47,434 bases of DNA from the NCBI GenBank assembly GCA_002269645.1, contig NIVC01003315.1:1-47434 (forward strand). Direction: 5' to 3'. Below are positions 11,160 through 21,228 of this stretch, in pieces (the first letter of the stretch is position 1; each line of letters starts with the position of its first letter). The stretch comes from Macrostomum lignano (Eukaryota). The position numbers were made by a program, and so were the translations under genes. The notes below the pieces were generated by a model that worked only from the letters and a program-made list of their open reading frames with translations, was not told the DNA's origin and made no database searches.

Positions 11160-13975
11160 ATCGAGGCGCTGTACGAGTTGAGCGACGAGTTGCAACGAAA
11201 CAACAGCGACGCAGCACAGCACTCTCGGCTGCTCGATGAAATAGAAACCGTCGAGGAGGACTACCGCGTCAGCATGCGAGAGGTCCAGCGTTTCCGGCTC
11301 GCACCCGAGACCTCAGAAGATCCGAGGCAGGCCCAGTCACAACAACAGCAGCAACAGCCACACTTGGAAATAGGTGGCTATGGTGAGTTTGGCGACGAGT
11401 TTGCTCCGAACCATGCCAGTAGACCCGAGGCAGAACAAGCTAGCTTAGCGGAGGAACTGCTGGCAGTCAAGGTGCGAGTTCTACGGAACACGAACTGTCA
11501 AAAGAACTTTGGAAGAATGTTGCGTCGAGTTGAAGTTCCTTACCTTCTACGGAGAAAAACAGCAGTACGAGGTGTGGAAGGCAGCGTTCATGGCTTGGAT
11601 CGATAGGGCCGCGCCACACCAGAGTTCAAACTGCTGCAGTTGCGTCAGTATTTGCGTGGATCGGCGCTGAAGGTGATAGAGAGCACTTGGGTCATTCGGC
11701 TGCTGCCGACCAGGCGGCTAAGGAGAGATTGGAGCGTGAGTACGGCGGCAAGCGACGAAAGTTGGCGCACTACTTGGAGGAGCTAGATAGTTTTCCACCC
11801 GTGAAGCAGAATAGTGCCGAGAAGCTGAAGAAATTCGCAAACATCCTCGATGTGGCTGTAATTAATTTGGAAGAAGCTGGTAAGAACTCCTAACTTAGTG
11901 ATGGACTGCTTTATGCTAGATTGCAAAAAAGTTACCAGAGCCGATGGTCGCAGCATTTCGTCGATGGATCTTCGAGAAGGCAAAAGCAGAAGGCGTTAGG
12001 ACCCTTGAGAGTGGGTTTTGCGTGAGGCAGAGTTCCGGACTGAGGCAGCAGAAATTGTGTACGGGTGGCCGCATCAAGTCAGGAGCAACGGCGGCAAGGA
12101 CAGCAAGCAGAAGGCCTTCCATGTAGCGCAGCTAAGCAAGAGCTCAAGCAAGGGGAGCTAATCCTGTGTCGTCTGCAAGGAGACACACGATCTATGGAAG
12201 TGTCCCGCGTTCGGGAAGCTGTCGGCTGAGAACAGATGGAAGGCTGCTCAGGAAGTCAAAGCCTGTTTCCGCTGTCTTGGCCATGGTCACATCGGTATGA
12301 ACTGCCGACGAGGTGGAAAGTGCGGCGTTGATGGTTGCAGAAAATTCCACCATCGTCTGCTGCATTCGACAACAAGGTCGGAATCGAAAGAGAAGCCAGA
12401 AGGCAAAGCCGGCGCTGAGCAAGAAATGCAGTCGAAGCCGAAAGCTGCAACCGTGACAATGGTAGCTAGAGAAGCCAGTGCGGTTTCACTTCGAACGGTT
12501 CCGGTCATTCTTAAGGCGAATAGGCGAGCTGTGAAGATCAATGCCTTACTTGATGACGCCAGCACAAAGACCTATTTGAATACGGCGATAGCATCCAAGC
12601 TGCTGGAGGCCTGCACGGCAAACAGGAATCAATGCAGGTAAACGTGTTGAACGGACAGGTGGAAACCTTCATAACAGCACCAGTGTCATGCACCTTGGAG
12701 AGTACTGACGGCCAAATAAGCAAGGAGATTACTGCGCTGACGGTAGATAGAGTGACCGGGAGCATGGAAGTAGTAGATTGGCAAAAATTGGCGTCGAAAT
12801 GGTCGCACTTAGGAAACATTCCGTTTCCAAGAAGGCAAACATCAGCGGAGGTTGACTTGCTGATCGGAGCTGATCACACCGACTTGCATGCGTCGCATCT
12901 AGAAGTGTGTGGCAAGCCTGGAGATCCGCAAGCCCGTCTAACACCTTTAGGTTGGACCTGCATTGGCAAGGTTGATGGAGCTTCGGAACGCTCTTTATTT
13001 GCGAGCACATTCTTCAGCGGAGGCGAATTCGAGAACTTGGCCCCATTGTTGCGCCAATGCTGGGAAGTTGAAGAGCTTCAGCGGGTGGAGTCACCTTCAT
13101 TCACGAATTCAGAGCAGCTTGCCCTGGAATGCACTCGATCATCGCTGAAGTTCATTGACGGGCAATACCAGGTTGGGTTTCCATGGGAACCGGATGCCAA
13201 GCTACAAGACAACAACTTCGAGATGGCCATTAAGCGGCTTGGAAACTCTGAGAAGCGGCTCCTCAAGGATCTGGAAATAGCCAAAAAGTACCAGGACGTC
13301 ATCAATCGCTGCGAGAAAGTAGGTCACGTCAGAAGGGTGCTGCAGAATGAGCATCAGGCTATGAAAAGGTACTACCTTCCGCATTTCCCAGTGGTGGCAA
13401 CGCGTGCAGTTCATTTAAAAATGGCGTATGGCCTTGATACAAGCAGCTTCCTAAACTCGTTGTTTCGCATGATCAGTCGCCGAGGTCAAGTTCTGGAAAT
13501 CTTCTCAGACAATGGAACTGATTTTGTTGGTGCAGATAGAGAACTAAAGGAGCTGTGCAAGTCGATGGACAAGAACGCATTGCAGTCATGCACATCTTAC
13601 GTACCGATCAAGTGGCACTTTAATTCGCCTGCGGCTCCGCACTTCGGCGGTGTGCATGAGTCAATGATAAATTTAACAAAGAGGGCGATAAATGCGATCT
13701 TGAGAACGGCAGAAGTCAGCGATGAACAGCTTGTAACAGCATTTGCCGGAGCAGAGCCGCTGCTGAACTCGCGACCTTTGACCTACCAGTCGTCCCATCC
13801 TGGCGACGATCCGGTCCTGACGCCAGCGCACTTCCTGTACGGGCATGTCGGCGGACAGCTGGCACCAGAGACCGCGGCTGACGAGGTGTTCAACCCAACC
13901 AAGAGGTAGCGCTACGTGCAGCAGCTGGTGCAGTCCTTTTGGCGGCGATGGCTCCGAGAGTGGCTGCCAGCTAGT
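11160..13975 (+). mobile_element. BEL/Pao LTR retrotransposon, internally deleted and frameshifted
   Basis: Gag-like segment (11600-11900), three Cys/His knuckles (CVVCKETH, CFRCLGHGHIGMNC, CGVDGCRKFHHRLLH), protease INALLDDASTKTYL, RT start YYLPHFPVV joined directly to integrase ATRAVHL..FSDNGTDFVGA..PHFGGVHE..LLNSRPL, ending FWRRWLREWLP. Confidence 0.9.
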
Positions 13976-14119
13976 GAATAGCATGCAGTCAGGCTCTGAC
14001 CTCAGCAAGCAAACATCTCGATCAAAATACCAAGTGCACTTCCGCTCTTTCATGTCAGACCTGACAAAGTGATTTGCCTTTGAGGGAACAAAAATTTAAA
14101 ATAGCTATATATTACTTAC

Positions 14120-14946
14120 AGGTAAATGTCACCGGAATAGAGGCGTTGATTTCGCAATAGGAACTGGCGACGGCTGCAATGACGACCTTTCCAGCAGGAC
14201 CGCTGTTGTGCCCATTCGATCCCTCGGGTTCCTGCCCGATGCGTCCACGAAGCTGCCGCCTCCGCCTCCTTCATCTCCGCTGCTGCTTCCAGTTCCGCCG
14301 CAACCACCGGAGTAGCCGCCGCCTCCGCCGCCGCCGCCTTCACTGTCACTACCGTCTGTGCCGCCGCCTCCGCCGCCTCCGCCGTAGCCACCATCGCCGT
14401 TGCTGTTTGCGCCGCCTCCCGCCCAGCTTCCGGTGGCGCTCTTTCCTCCATAGCCTCCATCGTCGCCTGTGGGTCCGGAACCTCCAGCAGAGCCCCAACC
14501 AGCGCCACTGCCGCCAGACCTGTCAGTGCCCTTGCTGGGACCTCCCTGTCCGACAGTCGAGCCGGAACAAGTGCTGCTAGTGCCAGCGTTGCCGTCTTTT
14601 CCCGTGTCCGAGTTGGAGCCATCACCGCCTCCGCCGCCTCCTCCGGCAGCCAGAAGCAGCTGATCAGAGTTACTGCTTCTGGTTATATAGACAAAGGTTC
14701 CGCCTCCACCGCCGCCGCCGCCATTAGAGTCGCTATCGCTTCCGGCATCGGTCCCAGACTTTCCCACGACAATCGTGAGCGTCTCAATCAGATTGAAATA
14801 GGCCATTTTGTAAGCTCCTTTGCCTCCAGTTGCACCTTTTGTTGACTGGCCACCGTTGGCGCCCCACGCTTCGATTTTGTAGCAGGTGTTCACTTCCGGT
14901 GGTGTGAAGAATTGCACTAATCCCGTTTTGCCAGTTGTGCCATTCG
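14120..14946 (-). CDS. Internal exon: ALK/LTK-like glycine-rich domain (gene A, GRD1); 1-nt deletion at ~14226
   Basis: Near-identical to 9353-10152. Acceptor catttcag|CG at 14947/14946. AACCCGAG here versus AACCCCGAG in the twin. The corrected frame ends SYCEINASIPVTFT-T|GTAAGT (donor at 14119, phase 1). Confidence 0.7.
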
Positions 14947-15139
14947 CTGAAATGCGGTTGATAGAGTGTGCGTTCAGTGGTAATGCGATTGTAAAGACAC
15001 AGAACTGCATGATGTTTTGAATGCAGCTATCAGTATTATCAGGCATATATCGCAGCCAAGTTATGGCCAAGAAGTCAAAACTAAGAGACCTGCCGTCGCC
15101 CAGATTCAAAGGGTGCTTGTTGTTGACGCTACTTTGTAG

Positions 15140-15350
15140 CTATCGACCCGCGCGATACCATCAATGACCACTGGAACCCTGGTGAGCTCCATTGCCACAC
15201 CGACGGTTCTAAGCAGTCAGTCAACACCGGCTTTGATGTTGGAATTTTCCTGAACGGTAGGGTCATCGCACCCACGCCCAGTATACTTGGATCAACTCCT
15301 GTGTCTTCCAAAATGAAGTTCTTGCTATCAGTTCCTGCAGTGTAGTGCTT
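15140..15350 (+). mobile_element. Non-LTR retrotransposon RNase H fragment in the intron of gene A
   Basis: LHCHTDGSKQSVNTGFDVGIF..ILG / NSCVFQNEVLAISSC matches the YTDGS..G.G..TVFQAE..AI pattern of non-LTR RNase HI. Confidence 0.6.
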
Positions 15351-16196
15351 CTCGTCACTTGTGTTGCTGGTAAGAACATCATTTTCTGCAACACTGCGGC
15401 ATTGGTCTCGTTTTCTACTCTAAGTTCACTCATAGACCGTGTCGGACAACTTAGAATGCTGTCGATATAATTTAATAATTATTACCTTGATTCAGCACGA
15501 ATAAGCAAACAAAAAGTGCAAGTCCCTATTAAGCTGCGGAGAGGTGGGTCAGATAAGTATGTGCCCGATCAATCAAGCTGTGGAAGCTTTTGATTCAACC
15601 AGTCGGATACTCAACCTGCTGGTGAGTAAACTGTGGGAGTCTACAGCGACCGAGGCTGCCGTCGAGGCTGCGACAGAGTGCTGCTGTCGATCTAGTCGAA
15701 GTCATTTCTCACTATTCACCTGTGCTGTAGGTCCAAAAAGACTTTGTTGATTGGATGCTAAAGGGGAAAAGGCCGAAATCCTTAGGAGAAGGGAGGGGGA
15801 AAGCAGCGTCAGACAGCGAGAATTGAACGGAGTTTCAGTGGTTGGAGCAACGGGTGTCAACTGTCGACGCGAGCAACGCCTCTGATTGGCTGCTTAAGGT
15901 CCCAAAAGCCACCCGATCACCTGCTTTCTTTCTACCTCTTTGAGGGCAAGAATTTAAATTTTTTGGCTCCAATCGCTGTCACGAAATGATTTACAACCGT
16001 AAAATTATGTAAAAATTGCATTTCTAAAAAGAGTTTGAAGTGACAGTGAATTACATGTGGAACAATACTTCTATTAAATACAGTAAGAATTCCATAATCC
16101 CAGAGAAAAATTGGCAAAAATATGATTACGGCCTACTGCCAGTAGCGTATACTGTACCATTTAAATATAAATTTTTTAAACCCTGCTTCTGCCTAC

Positions 16197-17672
16197 CATT
16201 AAAGATGACCGACGACATAGCCGTCGTTTTTGTAGTCGTAGTGGTCATATTTTGAGTCGTGGTGGGGGTAGTCCAATTTGAAGCTGTAGTAGTCGAAGCC
16301 CCTGTGGTCGTAGTCGGAGCCTCTGTGGTCGTAGTCGGATCCCCTGTGGTCGTAGTCGGAGCCCCTGTGGTCGTAGTCGGAGCCTCTGTGGTCGTAGTCG
16401 GAGCTTCTGTGGTCGTAGTCGAGCCCCTGTGGTCGTAGTCGGAGCCCCTGTGGTCGTAGTCGGAGCCCCTGTGGTCGTAGTCGGAGCCCCTGTGGTCGTA
16501 GTCGGAGCCTGTGGTCGTAGTCGGAGCCCCTGTGGTCGTAGTCGGAGCCCCTGTGGTCGTAGTCGGAGCCCTGTGGTCGTAGTCGGAGCCCCTGTGGTCG
16601 TAGTCGGAGCCCCTGTGGTCGTAGTCGGAGCCCCTGTGGTCGTAGTCGGAGCCCCTGTGGTCGTAGTCGGAGCCCCTGTGGTCGTAGTCGGAGCCCCTGT
16701 GGTCGTAGTCGGAGCCCCTGTGGTCGTAGTCGGAGCCCCTGTGGTCGTAGTCGGAGCCCCTGTGGTCGTAGTCGGAGCCCTGTGGTCGTAGTCGGAGCCC
16801 CTGTGGTCGTAGTCGGAGCCCCTGTGGTCGTAGTCGGAGCCCCTGTGGTCGTAGTCGGAGCCCCTGTGGTCGTAGTCGGAGCCCCTGTGGTCGTAGTCGG
16901 AGCCCCTGTGGTCGTAGTCGGAGCCCTGTGGTCGTAGTCGGAGCCCCTGTGGTCGTAGTCGGAGCCTCTGTGGTCGTAGTCGGAGCCCTGTGGTCGTAGT
17001 CGGAGCCCCTGTGGTCGTAGTCGGAGCCCTGTGGTCGTAGTCGAGCCCTGTGTCGTAGTCGGAGCCCCTGTGTCGTAGTCGGAGCCCTGTGGTCGTAGTC
17101 GGAGCCCCTGTGGTCGTAGTCGGAGCCCCTGTGGTCGTAGTCGGAGCCCCTGTGGTCGTAGTCGGAGCCTCTGTGGTCGTAGTCGAAGCCCCTGTGGTCG
17201 TAGTCGGAGCCCCTGTGGTCGTAGTCGGAGCCTCTGTGGTCGTAGTCGGAGCCCCTGTGGTCGTAGTCGGAGCCTCGGTGGTCGTATCTGAAGTCGCAAT
17301 CGGAGTCATGGTGTTCGGAGCCGTAGTAGTCATCGAAGTAGACTCACAATCTGCTCTGGTTCGCAGCACCTGCGTGTTGCAGACCGGCCCGCTACTGAGC
17401 TGCCAGTAAAGCAGCAGGTCGCAGCTGTCTCCCAGAATGCATGACCGGTTGCTAGGCAAGTACTCATAGACTGAGCACAGGGCCGTGTTGCTCGCGCATT
17501 CGACAGCGCACACTCGAGCATCGGCAACACCGAGCACTGTGCGCTGACCGCTCGCAGCAGTCACAGCATTGTAGCACAGGTCCGGCCTCTTGTCGAAGAC
17601 AAAGGTAATCGTGGCTGTAAGTGAAATTAGAACTGCCAATATAATGGCAGTTCTGAAAAGACATGTAGACAT
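16197..17672 (-). CDS. Gene A exon 1: signal peptide + PAN/apple-like domain + (GAPTTTT)48 mucin stalk
   Basis: Hydrophobic leader MSTCLFRTAIILAVLISLTA; PAN-type Cys spacing CAVECASNTALCSVYEYLPSNRSCIL; Thr repeats; ends SSVIFN-G|GTAGGC (donor at 16196). Frameshifts are confined to G/C runs of the array. Confidence 0.75.
16289..17290 (-). repeat. Coding 21-bp tandem array, 48 units (GGGGCTCCGACTACGACCACA = GAPTTTT)
   Basis: Unit starts were counted at a 21-bp period. Ten units are short, by 13 nt in total. Confidence 0.95.
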
Positions 17673-18380
17673 TAATTAATTCTGGCTGATAAAGCAAGCT
17701 GCAAATAAACACCGACTGTGTAAGCGGAGGTATTAGTGAGTGAGGCTAAGTTGATGCAGCAACTTTAGCTATTTCTAGCCGTCATTCGTACGTGCGCTTC
17801 ACCCACCTCATCGGCCTGGACAAGGTCTCCAGCACGGAGAAACTACGGAGTAAATAAGTTTTGTTACCGAGGTAACTCAGTTTAAATGATGTACGTACAG
17901 AATTTCTATAGCCTCAACTTGAGTTGCAATGCAGTCAATGCAGCCCATCTGTAGGTTAGAGCAGAAGTCAAAGAGGCATATCTCTATGCGCATTCTTGAG
18001 AATCTGCTTCCCATGCCTAGTTAATTCCTTACGCTGCAGGTAAAAAAAGCATAGCTTAACTGCAGGGATGTAGAGACCAACTCCCGCACTAAGAAAAGTT
18101 TTCTAGCTGTTCTAGTGCCTGCTTCTCTGTGGGTGGAAGCTAACTAAGCTGCAACATGTTTTAAAGAGCTATTGTTCTTTACACCTCACTCCCTTAACTA
18201 TCGACAGTCATGTTAGGGCTTGGTTTGACTTTCTACTGATACCTCGGCCAGTCAGTCCCCACAAAAATACCACCTCCATTAGAATTATCCATTACAAAAA
18301 TTACAACTTTATTGCTTGCTCTATCGGTTTCAATCCTCATTTTTTAACCTCTTGGTTCACCAACCATCTCCTGAATGTCC

Positions 18381-18543
18381 AGAGCAACCAGAGCCGCCTG
18401 CTGAGCACCGAAAGCCTTCTGAACACCGAAAGCCTCCAGAGCAGTCTGCTGAGCACCGAAAGCCTCCAGAGCAGTCTGCTGAGCACCGAAAGCCTCCAGA
18501 GCAGTCTGCTGAGCACCGAAAGCCTTCAGAGCAGTCTGCTGAG
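18381..18543. repeat. 30-bp tandem repeat (4 full copies plus partial)
   Basis: GAGCACCGAAAGCCTCCAGAGCAGTCTGCT-type units at 18421, 18451, 18481 and 18511. Confidence 0.9.
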
Positions 18544-18770
18544 AAGTTTAAATCGCCTGTTGTCATTTCTTCATAGTCCTTGAACACCATTAAGCCGAAA
18601 ACTTCACTACAAGCCCAGGCAGCTTTCTTCACTTCGTGTCACGCCGTTAAAACAGTCATGCCCCAATTGGCCTTTTTTCTCGTCGTCACAGGAGCACTCT
18701 CCAGCATTACTCGGTCAATCGCTTCATTTGACATAATCTTGAATCGGGCTTCTTCGGGCTTCTCCAGTCC
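18530..18770 (-). mobile_element. Probable Crypton/DUF3504-type tyrosine-recombinase N-terminal remnant
   Basis: RFKIMSNEAIDRVMLESAPVTTRKKANWGMTVLTA*HEV...DYEEMTTGDLN resembles the RF..S.E.I.......P.NT.K.T.W....F..W and M...ELN pattern recalled for Crypton-derived proteins. The TGA at 18639-18641 falls where Trp is expected. Confidence 0.45.
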
Positions 18771-19008
18771 AATCTACTCGGCCACATGAGAAAATTGTGC
18801 TGAGACGCCGGATTGTTGTTCTAAAAGAGAAGTTGAAGAACTCGTCCAGCGAACTTTCCTCCATGTTTACTTTGATGGTCACAAATGCTTGTGTGTCTTC
18901 GAATTCTAACGTGAAATATTTATGTTTGTCAGTCGACAGATATTTGTGGGGTGGTAGTAATGCGATGCACTGAAAGTGAAGAAGAGGGAAGCTGATTGGC
19001 TGCAGGGG

Positions 19009-19160
19009 AAAGAGGGGTACAATGTACGCGGAGGAGAGAGGGGTACAATGTACGCGGAGGAGAGAGGGGTACAATGTACGCGAGGAGAGAGGGGTACAAT
19101 TTACGCGGAGGAGAGAGGGATACAATGTACGCGGAGGAGAGAGGGGTACAATGTACGCAG
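19009..19160. repeat. 26-bp tandem repeat (~5.5 copies)
   Basis: GAGGAGAGAGGGGTACAATGTACGCG units. Confidence 0.9.
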
Positions 19161-20205
19161 AGAGTACATGTCAGACTGGGCCAGGCTTTAAATTGCCACC
19201 AAAAACGTTTGATGCTACGCCTCGGCCAGAGAAACTGCGCAGCCATAGAAACGTTTTTGGGGTGGGGCATCATCTTATCCTTAAGCGCCCGGGGTGTATC
19301 TTCGCCAGTCAATTCAGTGTACTGATTGATTTTATATTCAATAATATGAGTATTAAGCAAAGTTGATCCTTAATGGGAAGCGCGAATTTTTAGGCTTAAA
19401 TTCATTCAATATTATACAGGCGAAGATTTTACTTTAGCAGCTTCGACAGCCAAAATTTGGCAGTTCACCTGCCCTTTAATTCAGTTTCCATCGACTTTCA
19501 ATGGCTGCGATTTGTGCCACCGAAACTGCAACTGAAATAATGCTAAGAAATCAAACCTTACTATTTAGCAATTAAATTTTTATGCAGAGCACAATGCAGA
19601 GCAACCTATCGAAGTAAAAAAGCATTAGAGAGCAATGGTGTACACTGCAATAAAAATGACATCGGAAATGATCAAAAAAGAGCGCAGCGTCATTGAACAA
19701 AGCAAAGATCAAGGCCTCGGTCGAATAAAATCTCACCAGAGCAAAAGCAGCAACTGGGGACACAAAACTGGAGTCTTAAAGTCTTCTTTGGGCCTCCGAT
19801 CCCACAGCCAGATTCTACTCGTGACGATCCTCCTCCTTGCCTGCTTCTTCTTTCTTCGATCTCTTCTTCCTTCTGGCTGCGAGGTTGTTTGGCAGGTGGC
19901 TCCAAGTCGGTATCGACACTGATTAACAACATTTTCTCCTGCTCCTGCACCAGGACGTCCTGTCAGTCGCATTCCTATTTTTGTGCTCTCGTCTTGATGT
20001 CGGCCAGTCGCTTCTTGTAGTCGTCCAGCTGCTGCTGCTGCTGTGCTACGACTTCAGCGAGCGATGCCCTCTGTGACGTTGTCAGTTTAAGTAGCCCCGC
20101 CAAGGGCCGTTTTGACATACGGTACCAATCTATAATATTATTAGTTTCGTTCTCTCACGTCTGCTTAAAGTAGTGCCCTAAGAATTTTAATCAGCTGCGT
20201 GCATT

Positions 20206-20716
20206 TGTAAAGCCTGCGTACAGCGCGCGATCGATAATTTCTGTTTTCTGTTTTTCCCAGCCGGCCAATAGAAAAGCTGCGCATTAATTATACTAAGTTC
20301 TCCTCGCGCGCCCACCCCCAGCCCGCTCCTTATCAGTTCTGTCTGGCCGTGCGCTCGGGGTTATCTTGGAGCCTGGCTTTGCGTCCCCGCCTGTAGACCC
20401 CTGCCGCCCGGCCCTCTTGTTTGTTTGCCTTCTCTTCCTGCCTCACTCCGCCACGGCCCTAGGCCACGCCTCTGCCACTCTCAGTCACGCCACTTCTACT
20501 ACCTAAGCTATCTAACTCATTGTCGTGTAGCCGCCAGTGTATCGTTACGAATCCAACTTGTATTTTGACCTGTCTCTGTTGACAATAAACAATAAACCAA
20601 GTCTGCGGCCATTGATCGCATTAACATTAACTGATATTGCTACTGCCAAGTGCTACCGCTACAAAATTGCCTCTGCCGTATTCATTTGCCTTCGCCGATT
20701 TCTCTCGAGGCCGCCA
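20206..20716 (+). mobile_element. Probable solo LTR (511 bp)
   Basis: Starts TGTAAAG and ends GCCGCCA. CATT direct repeats at 20202-20205 and 20717-20720. AATAAA twice near 20585. Confidence 0.55.
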
Positions 20717-21228
20717 CATTAATACGTCACACCCTCAACCTGAACATTATCGACAAATAAGGGACAAATAATGCACAAATAATTCATTACCCACACATAA
20801 TGCGCGATTTAGTCTCACTGTAAAAATTTCATATTCCTGCTACTTGCAAATTTTGCTCGCTCAAACTGAGAGTCCATCTGTGGCAATCTAAATTAGCAAT
20901 TTTTCTCTTTCATCAATTTTCGGAAAAAAAGTTTGTCAAACAAAAAAATGCAATTTGGAAAACCATATACAACCTGAAATCAAAATTGACCTAGTTGACA
21001 AAGTTAGCGGGTATAAGTAATTAATGATCGGTCATTAGAAGAAAAGTTCTAATCTTTAGAATGCCAGTTATATTTAATTGCAAAGAGCTTTATGTGTTTA
21101 AAAATGGGACCGACTAAACTTTATCTATCAGAAAGTACAGCTCCTGCCTCGTTACCAAGAACTCTGGAGTTATTGAAGACTTGTAGGAACTTCTTAGAAT
21201 CATTTGCAGAAGTTATTCCTCCAACCAG

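Noticed and set aside
16289-17290. CRISPR-like appearance of the regular repeats (also the 35-bp and 49-bp arrays)
   Set aside because: Head-to-tail units with no unique spacers, no cas genes and a eukaryotic context.
16199-17409. LRLRPQG, SDYDHRG and VVVVGAP repeat proteins
   Set aside because: Other frames of the 21-bp GAPTTTT array.
19690-20121. Decayed minus-strand ORF MSKRPLAGLLKL...QQQQLDDYKKRLADIK
   Set aside because: Two in-frame stops, low complexity and no recognisable family; probably transposon debris.
20980-21030. CTAG near 20990 as a Helitron 3' end
   Set aside because: No convincing GC-rich subterminal hairpin, and it is not followed by T.
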